A stretch of 64,000 nt of DNA from an uncultured Planctomycetia bacterium (GTDB lineage Bacteria; Omnitrophota; Gorgyraeia; 2-02-FULL-51-18; JAGOUK01). This document shows, piece after piece, positions 21,559 to 31,890 of the stretch (position 1 is its first letter; each line of letters begins with the position of its first letter). The notes beneath the pieces are model-generated. The model was not told the origin of the DNA and did not search any database. It saw only the letters and a list, made by a program, of their open reading frames with translations. The stretch lies in assembly GCA_964430735.1 (NCBI GenBank), contig CAYSFB010000003.1, positions 66,039 to 130,038 on the forward strand, read 5' to 3'. The position numbers and the translations under genes were made by a program.

Positions 21559-22666
21559 AGAAGAAAAGAAAATCAAGGCCAGCGAAGCGCGCGAGGCGGT
21601 TAAAGAAGCCTCCCGTGAAGCCTCGCGCGACGCCAAGGAAGCCCGCGAAAAAATGTCCAACAAGGACGAAAAGCGCAAGGCCCTTGACCTGGCGCTCGCC
21701 CATATCGAGAAGTCGTTCGGCGAAGGATCGATCATGACGCTCGGGAAGAACGTCAAAACTTCGATCGAATCCATCAAAACCGGCGCCATCGCGCTCGACG
21801 TCGCTCTCGGTTGCGGCGGCGTGCCGCGCGGCCGCATCCTCGAGATCTTCGGGCCGGAATCCAGCGGTAAAACGACGCTCTGTCTTTCGATCGCCGCTCA
21901 GGCCCAAAAAGCCGGCGGCACGGCCGCCTTCATCGACGCGGAACACGCGTTCGATCCGGCGTATGCCAAGGTCCTCGGGGTGAATCTGGACGACTTGCTC
22001 GTGTCGCAGCCGGATACCGGCGAACAGGCGCTCGACATCGCCGAAATGCTGGTCAAGTCCAATGCAGTTGACGTGATCGTGATCGACTCGGTCGCGGCCC
22101 TGGTTCCCAAGGCCGAAATCGAGGGCGACATGGGCCAGGCCCACGTCGGTCTTCAGGCGCGCCTCATGAGCCATGCCTTGCGCAAGCTCACCGCCACGAT
22201 CTCGAAGTCCAAGACCTGCGTCATCTTCATCAACCAGATCCGCGAGAAGATCGGCGTCATGTTCGGCAACCCGGAGACGACTCCCGGCGGCCGGGCCCTC
22301 AAGTTCTATGCCTCGGTCCGTATCGACATCCGCCGTCAGGCCATCCTGAAGAAGGGCGAGGACACGGTCGGAACCCGGGTGCGGGCGAAGGTGGTCAAGA
22401 ACAAGTGCGCCGCTCCGTTCCGTCAGGCCGAGTTCGACCTGCTCTTCAAAGAGGGCGTCTCGCATATCGGTTCGATCCTGGATCTGGCCGAACTGCACCA
22501 GGTGACCAAGAACTCGGGCAGCTGGGTCGTATACGGGGACATCAAGATCGGTCAGGGCCGCGAAAACGCCCGGGCCTACCTCAAGGAAAACCCGGCCGTC
22601 ATGAAGGAGATCGAGAAGAAGATCCATCAGGCCATCGAGGCTTCGGACGCGATCCTGGCGAAGTAG
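21542..22666 (+). CDS. recA: recombinase RecA (with ~37-aa K/E/A-rich N-terminal extension if ATG 21542 is used)
   Basis: Core RecA with Walker [16 protein letters not shown] at 21530-21535 sits 6 nt before ATG 21542. An alternative internal ATG at 21653 ([15 protein letters not shown]) would give a canonical-length N-terminus. Confidence 0.9.
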   Translation: MAKSAKEEKKIKASEAREAVKEASREASRDAKEAREKMSNKDEKRKALDLALAHIEKSFGEGSIMTLGKNVKTSIESIKTGAIALDVALGCGGVPRGRILEIFGPESSGKTTLCLSIAAQAQKAGGTAAFIDAEHAFDPAYAKVLGVNLDDLLVSQPDTGEQALDIAEMLVKSNAVDVIVIDSVAALVPKAEIEGDMGQAHVGLQARLMSHALRKLTATISKSKTCVIFINQIREKIGVMFGNPETTPGGRALKFYASVRIDIRRQAILKKGEDTVGTRVRAKVVKNKCAAPFRQAEFDLLFKEGVSHIGSILDLAELHQVTKNSGSWVVYGDIKIGQGRENARAYLKENPAVMKEIEKKIHQAIEASDAILAK

Positions 22667-22690
22667 ACCGACCCGTTAACCGTCTCTAAA

Positions 22691-22730
22691 AGGACCCCGG
22701 CGGCTCATCACCGCCGGGGTCCTCTTTTTG
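22691..22730 (+). terminator. rho-independent terminator after recA
   Basis: GGACCCCGGCGG / loop CTCATCA / CCGCCGGGGTCC, followed by TCTTTTTG. Confidence 0.8.
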
Positions 22731-22737
22731 ATATAAT
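22729..22737 (+). promoter_or_regulatory. extended -10 element TGATATAAT, putative alaS promoter
   Basis: TGnTATAAT immediately after the recA terminator, 38 nt upstream of the alaS ATG. Confidence 0.45.
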
Positions 22738-22774
22738 ACCCGCTCTCGTTTTTAACCTTTTTACATGGGATTTT

Positions 22775-25396
22775 ATGCAAACTGACAAACTCCGTTCTCT
22801 TTACTTAGATTATTTCAAGTCCAAGGACCACAAGCTGTTCTCGAGCTCGAGCCTCATCCCGGGCGACGATCCGACGCTGCTGTTCACCGGAGCCGGCATG
22901 AACCAGTTCAAGGCCAACTTCATGGGTATCAAAAAGGAGCCCAAGCGGGCGACTTCCTGCCAGAAGTGCGTCCGGACGGCGGACCTCGTCCGAGTCGGCG
23001 AAACGGCCTATCACCACACCTTTTTTGAGATGCTCGGGAACTTTTCCTTCGGCGACTACTTCAAGGAAGAGGCGATCGGTTACGCCTGGGACTTCATCAC
23101 CCGCGAACTCAAGTTCTCCAAGGACAATCTGTGGGTCTCCGTGTTCCACGAGGACAAGGAAGCGCGCGACATCTGGCACCGGAAGATCGGCGTGCCCGAC
23201 AACCGCATCGTGTCGATGGGTGCGGAAGACAACTTCTGGCCGTCCAACGCGCCGACCCTGGGGCCCAACGGGCCCTGCGGCCCGTGCTCAGAAATTTATG
23301 TCGGCCGGGAACCCGGTAAAGGAGTCGAGATTTGGAACCTCGTTTTTACCGAATTCGAGCGTCAGGACGGCGGGATCCTCAAGCCCCTGCCTCAGAAGAA
23401 CATCGACACCGGCATGGGCCTTGAGCGTCTGGCGTCCGTCATCCAGGGCGTCGAGTCCAACTTCGACATCGACCTGTTCCGCAAGCTGCGCGAGGAGATC
23501 GAAATCGCCGGCGGCGCGGGACTGTTCAAGGCGGCGAAGACCAAGTACCGCAATGCGATCATGGACCATCTGCGCACGATCGTGTTCTCCATTTCCGACG
23601 GCATCGTGCCGTCGAACGAAGGCCGCGGATACGTGGTCCGCAAGCTCATCCGCAAGTCGGCCCTGCACCTGCGCGACATGGGCGCCAAGCAGCCGACGCT
23701 GTACCGCTTTGCGCCGGCCGTCGCGGCCGTCATGGGCGGAGCTTACCCCGAACTCATCTCGAGCGTGGCCACCGCAGCGGCCGTGGTGAAACGCGAGGAG
23801 GAGGCGGTCTGGAGCATCCTCGAATCGCGCGTGCCGGAAGCCCAGATCAAGATCAAGTCGATCGCGTTCACGACCAAGCAGGGGCAGGAGGCGTTCGCCG
23901 CGCGCCGCGCGACGGAAACGGCGTTCGAGTATTACGACACGTACGGCGTGCCCAAGGAAATTCTCGAGGAGATTCTCAAGGAAAACCAATTCCCGCTGGA
24001 CGAAGCTCACTTCACCAAGCTCATGGAGGAGCAGCGCGACCGCTCGCGCGCAGGCTCCAAGATCTCCGGCAGCATCTTTGCCGTCAACGAGGACGCGCTC
24101 TCGCGCGCGGGACTGCCGGCGACGGAATTCACCGGCTACACCCGGACCGAGGACCAGGGCAAGGTGCTCGCGATCTTTGCGGGCGAAGCGTCGTTGAAAA
24201 AACTCGAAAAAGGCCAGTCTGGCATGATCGTCACCGACCGCACGCCGTTCTACGCGGAGTCGGGCGGACAGGTCGGCGATACCGGCGTCATCAAAGGGGC
24301 GTCGGGCGAAGCCCGCGTCACCGATTCGCAGTGGAACGGGGAGGTCGCCCTGCATCACGTCGAAATGACCGGCCGCGAAATCCACGTCGGCGACGCCGTG
24401 ACGCTCGAAGTCGACAAGACGCGCCGCCAGGCCATCATGAAGAACCATTCGGCGACGCATCTGCTGCACAGCGCGCTCCGGCTTGTCCTGGGCCCGCACG
24501 TGAAGCAGCGCGGATCGCTCGTCGCGCCGGACCGGCTGCGGTTCGACTTTTCGCACTTCGAAGGATTGAAGCCCGAGGAAATGCACCGGATCGAGCACCT
24601 GGTCAACGCGGAGATCCGCAAGAACCACGCGGTCGTGACCGAGGTGAAGGATCAAAAAAAAGCGATCGCGGAAGGCGCGATGGCGTTTTTTGGCGACAAG
24701 TACGAAAACGACGTCCGCGTGCTGACGATGGGGGACTTTTCCAAGGAACTCTGCGGCGGGACGCACAGCCCGACGACGGGCTTCATCAGCTCGTTCCGCA
24801 TCGTGTCCGAAGGCTCGGTGCAGTCGGGCGTCCGGCGCATCGAGGCCGTGACGGGCGACGTCGCGTCGCGCCTGGGCGCCCAGGACGAAGAAGAGCTGCG
24901 CGCGATCCTCGCCTACGTCGACGCCGAGCATGACGGCGTGAAGAACGCGCTCATCGAAGCGCATGACGAAACGAAGGCGCTCGAGCGCGAGCTCAAGAGC
25001 GCGTTCACCAAAGTCGTCCGCGAATCGATGGTCAAGCTCATCGAGCGCGCGCCGGAAACGAAGGGCACGCGCATCATCCTCGAGCACCTCGAAGGCTTCG
25101 ACAAGGACTTCCTCCGCGACACGGCCGACTGGCTGCGCTCGCGTCCGGGTTCGTACGCCGTCGTTCTCGCGGCGACCATCCAGGAAAAGCCCCAAATCGT
25201 CGTGGCGCTGTCGCCGGACCTGGTGCAGAAAAAAATGAGCGCGGGCGAACTCGTCAAAGAGGTCAGCCTCAAGATGGGCGGCGCCGGCGGCGGCAAGCCC
25301 GACATGGCGCAGGGCGGCGGCAAGCCCGGCGCGGACATCAACGAGGCGCTGCACACCGCGCGCGTGCTGATACAAACCAGATTGGAGACGCTGTGA
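22775..25396 (+). CDS. alaS: alanine--tRNA ligase
   Basis: 873 aa. N-terminal class II catalytic core, editing domain with HxxxH...CGGTH, C-terminal DHHA1. Confidence 0.95.
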   Translation: MQTDKLRSLYLDYFKSKDHKLFSSSSLIPGDDPTLLFTGAGMNQFKANFMGIKKEPKRATSCQKCVRTADLVRVGETAYHHTFFEMLGNFSFGDYFKEEAIGYAWDFITRELKFSKDNLWVSVFHEDKEARDIWHRKIGVPDNRIVSMGAEDNFWPSNAPTLGPNGPCGPCSEIYVGREPGKGVEIWNLVFTEFERQDGGILKPLPQKNIDTGMGLERLASVIQGVESNFDIDLFRKLREEIEIAGGAGLFKAAKTKYRNAIMDHLRTIVFSISDGIVPSNEGRGYVVRKLIRKSALHLRDMGAKQPTLYRFAPAVAAVMGGAYPELISSVATAAAVVKREEEAVWSILESRVPEAQIKIKSIAFTTKQGQEAFAARRATETAFEYYDTYGVPKEILEEILKENQFPLDEAHFTKLMEEQRDRSRAGSKISGSIFAVNEDALSRAGLPATEFTGYTRTEDQGKVLAIFAGEASLKKLEKGQSGMIVTDRTPFYAESGGQVGDTGVIKGASGEARVTDSQWNGEVALHHVEMTGREIHVGDAVTLEVDKTRRQAIMKNHSATHLLHSALRLVLGPHVKQRGSLVAPDRLRFDFSHFEGLKPEEMHRIEHLVNAEIRKNHAVVTEVKDQKKAIAEGAMAFFGDKYENDVRVLTMGDFSKELCGGTHSPTTGFISSFRIVSEGSVQSGVRRIEAVTGDVASRLGAQDEEELRAILAYVDAEHDGVKNALIEAHDETKALERELKSAFTKVVRESMVKLIERAPETKGTRIILEHLEGFDKDFLRDTADWLRSRPGSYAVVLAATIQEKPQIVVALSPDLVQKKMSAGELVKEVSLKMGGAGGGKPDMAQGGGKPGADINEALHTARVLIQTRLETL

Positions 25397-26625
25397 AGAC
25401 GATCCGCTTCGGGACCAAGTCGCTCGACAAATACCTCAGCACCCGGACCCAGAACCGTCCGGAGCGCCTGGTTAAGAAGGTTGCGCAGATCGTCGAAGAC
25501 GTCCGCCTTGGGGGCGACGCGGCGCTCTTGCGTTACACCCGCAAGTTCGACCGGGTGAACCTTCAGCCGCGCGAGCTGCAGGTCAGCGAAGAAGAAATCA
25601 ACGCCTGCTACCAGAACATCAAACCGGAGTTCGCCTCGGCGCTGCGCGTCGCGGTCGAAAACGTCCGGACGTATTACAAGAGCAAGATCGTCAAGTCGCT
25701 CAAAGTACGGACCGAAGACGGTGTGAGACTTTCGGAGCACATCCGTCCGATGAAGACGGTCGGCGTGTACGTGCCGTCCGGGCAGGTGCCGCTCGTTTCG
25801 ACCGTGTATATGACCGTGATCCCGGCGCAGGCCGCGGGCGTTCAGAACATCTACATCGTGACGCCGCCCAACCAGCACAAGAGCGTCGATCCGCACATCT
25901 TGGCCGTCGCGAACCTCCTCAAGGTCAACGCGGTGTACAAGGCGGGCGGCGCCCAGGCCGTCGCGGCAATGGCGTTTGGCACCAAGACCATTCCTCAGGC
26001 CGACAAGATCATCGGGCCGGGCAACCAGTATGTCGCCGAGGCCAAGCGCCAGGTGTTCGGGTACTGCGACATCGACATGATCGCCGGTCCGACGGAACTC
26101 GTCGTGATCGCCAACGAGCACTCCGACCCGCAATTTGTCGCGGCGGATCTGCTGGCCCAGAGCGAGCATCACGGCGGAAGCTCCATCCTCATCACGACGT
26201 CCAAGCGGCTCGCCAAACAGATGGCGCGCCTTCCGATCCGCGGCTTCATCGTCCGGGTCAAGAACCTGGAACAGGGCGTCGAACTTTCGAACCGGATCGC
26301 GCCGGAACATCTGGAGATCATGGTCAAGCGCCCCGAGCGCCTGCTCCGCTACGTCGAAAACGCGGGCGCGGTCTTTTTGGGGCCGTATTCGCCGACCGCG
26401 GTCGGGGATTACATCGCCGGACCCAGCCATGTGCTGCCGACGAACGGCACGGCGCGGTTCTTCTCGGGACTGGGCGTGCAGGACTTCCTGAAGAACACGC
26501 ACGTTATTTCGTATTCGCGCAAGGCGTTGGAAAAGGTTCGTCAGCCGGCCGAGTACATCGCGAATCTGGAAGGCCTGAAGAAACACTACGAATCGATCAA
26601 AGTGCGCTTCGAGCCGGTCGATTGA
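25393..26625 (+). CDS. hisD: histidinol dehydrogenase
   Basis: GTG start overlapping the alaS stop (GTGA). HisD family length, with Zn/NAD motifs. Confidence 0.85.
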   Translation: MKTIRFGTKSLDKYLSTRTQNRPERLVKKVAQIVEDVRLGGDAALLRYTRKFDRVNLQPRELQVSEEEINACYQNIKPEFASALRVAVENVRTYYKSKIVKSLKVRTEDGVRLSEHIRPMKTVGVYVPSGQVPLVSTVYMTVIPAQAAGVQNIYIVTPPNQHKSVDPHILAVANLLKVNAVYKAGGAQAVAAMAFGTKTIPQADKIIGPGNQYVAEAKRQVFGYCDIDMIAGPTELVVIANEHSDPQFVAADLLAQSEHHGGSSILITTSKRLAKQMARLPIRGFIVRVKNLEQGVELSNRIAPEHLEIMVKRPERLLRYVENAGAVFLGPYSPTAVGDYIAGPSHVLPTNGTARFFSGLGVQDFLKNTHVISYSRKALEKVRQPAEYIANLEGLKKHYESIKVRFEPVD

Positions 26626-26657
26626 TTTTTACGGACTTGGGATTAAAGGAGATTTTT

Positions 26658-27311
26658 ATGAAAAAGAAAAAAACTGCCGCCAAATCCGCCGCCGCGCCGC
26701 TCCTCCAGCGCCGCGCCGTCATCAACCGCGTGACCCGCGAGACGACGATCGACTGCGAATTGAACCTCGACGGCTCGGGCACGTCCAAGATCTCGACGGG
26801 CCTGGCGTTCCTGGACCACATGCTGGACCTTTTTACCAAACACGGCATTTTCAGTCTCAAACTCGTCGCCAAGGGCGACCTTGAGATCGACATTCATCAC
26901 ACGAATGAAGACATCGGCATCGTGCTGGGCCAGGCCTTCAAGCAGGCGCTCGGCGACAAGAAGGGTATCCGCCGGTTCGGGTCGTGCTTCGTCCCGATGG
27001 ACGAGACGCTGTCGCGCGTGCGCGTGGCGCTCGACATCTCGGGCCGTCCGTCGCTGTACTTCACCGCGCCCAAGGGCGTCGCCCAGCACTTCGTACACCG
27101 TGATTACACGATCCATGACGCGCGCGAGCTCATCAAGGCGTTCGCGATCCAGTCGGGGATCAACATGCACGTCGACGTCCTCAAGGGCGACGACCCGCAC
27201 CATATTCTGGAATCGATCTTCAAGGCCTTCGGCCGCGCGCTCGAGCAGGCCACGCGCGTGGACGCCCGCATCCCGGGCATCCCTTCGACCAAGGGCTTGA
27301 TCGAGAAGTGA
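26658..27311 (+). CDS. hisB: imidazoleglycerol-phosphate dehydratase
   Basis: ATG at 26658 after RBS AAAGGAG. IGPD motifs TRETTIDCELNLDG, IHHTNEDIGI, DPHHILES. The track ORF starts earlier, at 26622. Confidence 0.85.
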   Translation: MKKKKTAAKSAAAPLLQRRAVINRVTRETTIDCELNLDGSGTSKISTGLAFLDHMLDLFTKHGIFSLKLVAKGDLEIDIHHTNEDIGIVLGQAFKQALGDKKGIRRFGSCFVPMDETLSRVRVALDISGRPSLYFTAPKGVAQHFVHRDYTIHDARELIKAFAIQSGINMHVDVLKGDDPHHILESIFKAFGRALEQATRVDARIPGIPSTKGLIEK

Positions 27312-27916
27312 TCCATCTCGTCGATTACGGAATGGGGAATCTCCGTTCCGTTCAGAAGGCGCTCGAAGCCGTCGGCGCGCCGGCGCGCGTTTCGAGCGAC
27401 CCCGCGGACATCGACCGCGCGTCGCTCATCGTGGTGCCGGGCGTCGGCGCGTTTGATCACGCGGTCCGCGAGCTCAAGAGCCGGAAGCTGTTCGAGCCGA
27501 TCCGGACGGCGGTGAAGGCAGGCAAGCCGTACCTCGGCCTGTGTCTGGGGCTTCAGCTTTTGTTCGACCGGTCCGATGAGGGCACGGAAGAGGGTTGGGG
27601 CATTCTCGGCGGCAGCGTGCTGAGGTTTCCGCACTTCATGAAGACGCCGCATATGGGCTGGAACCGGGTGCGCCTGGCGACCCCTCAGCTCGACCGGCAG
27701 TTCGGGATCGAAGGCGACGGACGTTTTTATTTTGTGCACTCGTACTTTGTCGTGCCGCGCGACCGCTCGGACGCGTTCGCGACGACCGATTACGGGTTCG
27801 ATTTTGTGTCGGCGGTCCGCAGAGGAAACATCATGGCCACCCAGTTCCATCCGGAAAAAAGCCAGGCCCAGGGACTCCGGTTCCTCAAGGCCGCGGTGCG
27901 GGAGCTCACGCGATGA
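27308..27916 (+). CDS. hisH: imidazole glycerol phosphate synthase, glutamine amidotransferase subunit
   Basis: Class I GATase with catalytic GLCLGLQ and HSY/FHPEKS motifs. Confidence 0.85.
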   Translation: MIHLVDYGMGNLRSVQKALEAVGAPARVSSDPADIDRASLIVVPGVGAFDHAVRELKSRKLFEPIRTAVKAGKPYLGLCLGLQLLFDRSDEGTEEGWGILGGSVLRFPHFMKTPHMGWNRVRLATPQLDRQFGIEGDGRFYFVHSYFVVPRDRSDAFATTDYGFDFVSAVRRGNIMATQFHPEKSQAQGLRFLKAAVRELTR

Positions 27917-28662
27917 TCGTGATTCCGGCCATCGATTTGCGCGGCGGCAAGGTCGTGCGCCTGACCCAGGGGGAATACGACAAGGAATCGCGTTACGGCG
28001 TTTCGGCCGAAGAGACGGCCCGGCGTTTCCTCGATGCGGGCGCGCACCGGATCCACGTCGTTGATCTGGACGGCGCGCGCGAGGGTAAGCCGCTCGAAAT
28101 GGGAACGCTCGAACGCCTGGTCCGCGCCGTGCCGGCCCAGTACGAAGTCGGCGGCGGGATCCGCAAGCCGGAGACGATCGAGCAGTATTTGAAGAACGGC
28201 GTGTCCTTCGTGGTCCTCGGGACGCGGGCCTGTCTCGACCGCGGCTTTTTGGGCGAATGCCTCAAGGCCTTCGGTCGGCGCGTCATCGTCGGCGTGGACG
28301 CGCGCGACGGACGGGTCGCGACCGACGGCTGGACCAAGGTCACGGACGTGAAGGCGCACGATTTGATTGACTTTGCGATCACGGCGGGCGGCGCGCAGAT
28401 CATTTACACGGACATTTCCAAGGACGGGATGATGCAGGGCCCCAATCTCGAGCAGGTGAAGGCCGTGCTCAAAATCCCGGGCGCCGAAATCATCGCCTCG
28501 GGCGGCGTGAAGGATTTGGCCGACATTCAGTCTTTTTTGGACATCGGCGCGGTCAACCTGACCGGCGCCATCGTCGGCAAGGCGCTCTATGAGGGCAAGC
28601 TCGATCTCGCGCAGGCCGTGAAGCTGTGCCAGCATGATCCCAAGGGCAGCCGTGCTCGCTAA
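27913..28662 (+). CDS. hisA: ProFAR isomerase (phosphoribosylformimino-5-aminoimidazole carboxamide ribotide isomerase)
   Basis: ATG 27913 overlaps the hisH stop (ATGA). [17 protein letters not shown] start and a (beta/alpha)8 HisA pattern. Only the 3' part of track ORF 27595..28662 is real. Confidence 0.85.
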   Translation: MIVIPAIDLRGGKVVRLTQGEYDKESRYGVSAEETARRFLDAGAHRIHVVDLDGAREGKPLEMGTLERLVRAVPAQYEVGGGIRKPETIEQYLKNGVSFVVLGTRACLDRGFLGECLKAFGRRVIVGVDARDGRVATDGWTKVTDVKAHDLIDFAITAGGAQIIYTDISKDGMMQGPNLEQVKAVLKIPGAEIIASGGVKDLADIQSFLDIGAVNLTGAIVGKALYEGKLDLAQAVKLCQHDPKGSRAR

Positions 28663-29407
28663 ACGAATCATCCCGTGCCTGGACGTCAAAGGCGGGCGGG
28701 TCGTGAAGGGCGTCAATTTTCTGGAGCTGCGCGACGCGGGTGATCCCGTCGAAGCGGCGGCCCAGTACGAAAAAGAAGGCGCGGACGAGCTCGTGTTCCT
28801 GGACATCACCGCGTCGAGCGACGCGCGGCCCATCCTGATGGACGTCGTGCGCCGCACGGCCGAAAAAGTTTTTATGCCGCTCACGGTCGGCGGCGGCGTG
28901 CGCACCGTCCAGGACGTGCGCGACCTGCTGTTGGCCGGGGCGGACAAGGTCAGCATGAACACGGCCGCGGTCCAGGATCCGGACCTGATCCGCCGTTCGG
29001 CCGAGCGCTTCGGCAGCCAGTGCACGGTCGTCGCGATCGACGCCAAGCGCGACGGTGCCGGTTGGAAGGTTTTTACGCACGGGGGACGGACCCGCACCGA
29101 ATGGGACGTCGTGGCCTGGGCGAAGGAAGTTCAGCGGCTGGGAGCGGGCGAGATCCTGCTCACGAGCATGGACAAGGACGGCACGAAGACGGGCTTTGAC
29201 CTCGAGCTCACGCGGACCGTGTCCGAGGCCGTCGAGATCCCGGTGATCGCGTCGGGCGGCGTCGGGTCTTTGGAGCATCTGGCCGAAGGATTCGAGCGCG
29301 GCAAGGCCGACGCGGTGCTTGCGGCGTCGATTTTTCACTTCCGGGAGCACACGATCCACGCGGCCAAGGATTTTCTCAAGGCGCGCGGCATTCCGGTCCG
29401 GCAATAA
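28634..29407 (+). CDS. hisF: imidazole glycerol phosphate synthase cyclase subunit
   Basis: [19 protein letters not shown] start. Alternative GTG start at 28652. Confidence 0.85.
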   Translation: MIPRAAVLAKRIIPCLDVKGGRVVKGVNFLELRDAGDPVEAAAQYEKEGADELVFLDITASSDARPILMDVVRRTAEKVFMPLTVGGGVRTVQDVRDLLLAGADKVSMNTAAVQDPDLIRRSAERFGSQCTVVAIDAKRDGAGWKVFTHGGRTRTEWDVVAWAKEVQRLGAGEILLTSMDKDGTKTGFDLELTRTVSEAVEIPVIASGGVGSLEHLAEGFERGKADAVLAASIFHFREHTIHAAKDFLKARGIPVRQ

Positions 29408-29431
29408 GTTTTTTCTAAGGAAGGAGCCCTC

Positions 29432-29818
29432 ATGAATCACGAAGCTTTTTTAAAACGCCTGACCTTTAACGCGGACGGGCATGTTCCGGCCATTATTCAG
29501 GACGAGTCCGGCCGCGTGCTCACGCTCTGCTACATGAACAAGGACGCCATCGTCAAAACGCTCGAGGAGCGTTACATCTACGTGTACCGCCGTTCGCTCG
29601 GCAAGCTCATGAAAAAGGGCGAGACGTCCGGCCACGTGCAGGAAGTGAAGTCGGTCGCGCTCGATTGCGAAGGCAAGTCGCTTCTCATCCGGATCAAGCA
29701 GCATGTCGCCGGCTGTCATAAGGGCTACTTCAGCTGCTACTTCGAAGAGTATGACGGCAAGGGCGGATTCGGGATCGGCGAAAAAATCGTGTTCGCCCCG
29801 GACAAGGTCTACAAATAG
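29432..29818 (+). CDS. hisI: phosphoribosyl-AMP cyclohydrolase (cyclohydrolase domain only, no HisE)
   Basis: 128 aa. RBS AAGGAG. Contains CHKGYFSCYF. No PRA-PH (hisE) domain fused. Confidence 0.8.
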   Translation: MNHEAFLKRLTFNADGHVPAIIQDESGRVLTLCYMNKDAIVKTLEERYIYVYRRSLGKLMKKGETSGHVQEVKSVALDCEGKSLLIRIKQHVAGCHKGYFSCYFEEYDGKGGFGIGEKIVFAPDKVYK

Positions 29819-31317
29819 TGCAGCTCAAACCCTCGCTCGCCGAATTCGCCAAACTCGCCCTCAAGGGCAACACCGTTCCGGTGTACGCCGAAATGACGGG
29901 CGACCTCGATACGCCCGTGTCGGCGTACCTCAAGACGAATCCCGGTTACACGGGCTTCCTCCTGGAATCGGTGGACGGCGGGCGGAATCAGGCGCGCTAT
30001 TCCTTTATCGGCGTGGAGCCGAAGCGTTTCGTCGTTTCGGACGCTCAGGGGACGCGGCTCACCGACGGGGAAAAAGTTCTCGAACGGTTCGGCAAGTCCG
30101 ATCCGCTGGACGCGCTCAAAAAAGTTCTGAGCGGTTACCGCTATGTCGCGTCCGACGAATTGCCGCGCTTCTGCGGCGGCGCGGTGGGCTTCCTCTGCTA
30201 CGACGCCAACCGCCACTTCGAGCGCCTGCCCCAAATGAAGGGCGGGAACCCGTATCCCACGCTGTCGTTCGCGATCGCCGAGGACCTGGTGATCTTCGAT
30301 CATGTGAAGCGCCGGATGACCGTCGTCGCCAACGCGGTGATCGCCGCCGGCAAGGGCGCTTCCAGGACGGCCGCGATCCGGGCCGCTTACGACGACGCGG
30401 CCGGACGCATCGCCCGGATCCGCGCGCGCCTGGAATCCCGTTCGCTCGTGACGCCCGGACCCGTTTCCGCCAAGTCGGCGTCGCCGGTGGAGTCCAATTT
30501 TTCGAAGGAAGGGTTCAAGAAGGCGATCCGCAAGGCCAAGGAGCATATCCGGATCGGCGACATCTTCCAGATCGTCGTCTCGCAGCGGTTCACCCGCAAG
30601 ACCGCGGTGCATCCGTTCAACCTGTACCGCGCGCTGCGCAGCGTCAACCCGTCGCCCTACATGTTTTTTATTTCCGGCGGCAGCTTCCACCTGGTCGGTT
30701 CGTCGCCCGAAGTGCACGTGCGCTGCGAAGACGGCGTCGTCCAGCTGCGGCCGATTGCCGGCACGCGCAAGCGCGGGGCGACGGACGACGAGGACAAGCG
30801 CCTGGCCGATGAATTGCTCAAGGATAAAAAGGAACTCGCCGAGCACGTGATGCTCGTGGACCTCGGGCGCAACGACCTCGGCCGCGTGTGCGCGACCGGC
30901 ACGGTGAAGGTCAGCGAATTCATGGTGATCGAGCGCTACTCGCACGTCATGCACATCGTGAGCCACGTGAAGGGGCTTCTCAAAAAGGGAATGGACGCGT
31001 TCGACGTGATCCGCGCGACGTTCCCGGCCGGGACGGTGAGCGGCGCGCCCAAAGTCAGGGCCATGGAGCTCATCGCGGAGCTGGAGCCCGAGAACCGCGG
31101 GCCGTATGCGGGGCTGGTCGGATACTTCAGCTTTTCCGGGAACTTCGATTCCTGTATCACGATCCGCACGGCGGTCGTGGAGAACGGCAAGGTCTGGGTG
31201 CAAGCTGGCGCCGGCGTCGTCCTCGACTCGGACCCGGAATTCGAGTACGAAGAATCGCGGAACAAGGCCAGGGGCGTCTTCGCGGCGCTCGATCAGGCGG
31301 AACGGGGGCTCGAATGA
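29818..31317 (+). CDS. trpE: anthranilate synthase component I
   Basis: GTG overlapping the hisI TAG. Chorismate-binding domain, with an LLES-like N-terminal motif (FLLESVDGG). Confidence 0.9.
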   Translation: MQLKPSLAEFAKLALKGNTVPVYAEMTGDLDTPVSAYLKTNPGYTGFLLESVDGGRNQARYSFIGVEPKRFVVSDAQGTRLTDGEKVLERFGKSDPLDALKKVLSGYRYVASDELPRFCGGAVGFLCYDANRHFERLPQMKGGNPYPTLSFAIAEDLVIFDHVKRRMTVVANAVIAAGKGASRTAAIRAAYDDAAGRIARIRARLESRSLVTPGPVSAKSASPVESNFSKEGFKKAIRKAKEHIRIGDIFQIVVSQRFTRKTAVHPFNLYRALRSVNPSPYMFFISGGSFHLVGSSPEVHVRCEDGVVQLRPIAGTRKRGATDDEDKRLADELLKDKKELAEHVMLVDLGRNDLGRVCATGTVKVSEFMVIERYSHVMHIVSHVKGLLKKGMDAFDVIRATFPAGTVSGAPKVRAMELIAELEPENRGPYAGLVGYFSFSGNFDSCITIRTAVVENGKVWVQAGAGVVLDSDPEFEYEESRNKARGVFAALDQAERGLE

Positions 31318-31886
31318 TCCTGATGATCGACAATTACGATTCGTTCACGTACAACCTCGTCCAGTATTTCGGCGAGTTGGGGCAGAAGCTCATCATCAAG
31401 CGCAACGACGAAGTCACGCTTGCGGATATCCGGAAGCTCAAGCCCTCGAAGATTGTGATTTCGCCGGGACCGGGCGCGCCCAAGGACGCCGGGATTTCGG
31501 AAGACGTCATCCGCACCTTCGGTCCCAAGGTTCCGCTGCTCGGCGTCTGCCTCGGACACCAGGCCATCGGCGAAGTGTTCGGCGGCAGGATCCGCGTCGC
31601 CGACCGCATCATGCACGGCAAAACGTCCGACATGTACCACGACGGCCATCCGCTCTTCGCCGGAATCCCGAGTCCGTTCACGGCGACGCGGTACCATTCG
31701 CTCCTCATCGAGCCGAAGAGTCTGCCGAAAGAGCTCAAGTCGATCGCCTGGACCTCCGACAAGGAGATCATGGCCGTCGCGCACGTCAAATACCCGATCT
31801 ACGGCGTCCAATTCCATCCGGAATCGATCCTGACGACGGCGGGGAAGACGCTGCTCCAGAATTTTTTGAAGCTCGGAGGCAAATAG
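31314..31886 (+). CDS. trpG: anthranilate synthase component II (glutamine amidotransferase)
   Basis: ATG 31314 overlaps the trpE stop. MILMIDNYDSFTYNLVQY...GVCLGHQ. The upstream part of track ORF 30888..31886 is out of context. Confidence 0.85.
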   Translation: MILMIDNYDSFTYNLVQYFGELGQKLIIKRNDEVTLADIRKLKPSKIVISPGPGAPKDAGISEDVIRTFGPKVPLLGVCLGHQAIGEVFGGRIRVADRIMHGKTSDMYHDGHPLFAGIPSPFTATRYHSLLIEPKSLPKELKSIAWTSDKEIMAVAHVKYPIYGVQFHPESILTTAGKTLLQNFLKLGGK

Positions 31887-31890
31887 GCCG

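Noticed and set aside
21405-21737. 110-aa alternate-frame ORF over the recA start
   Set aside because: Arg/Pro-rich, overlaps both the small ORF and recA in a third frame. Artefact.
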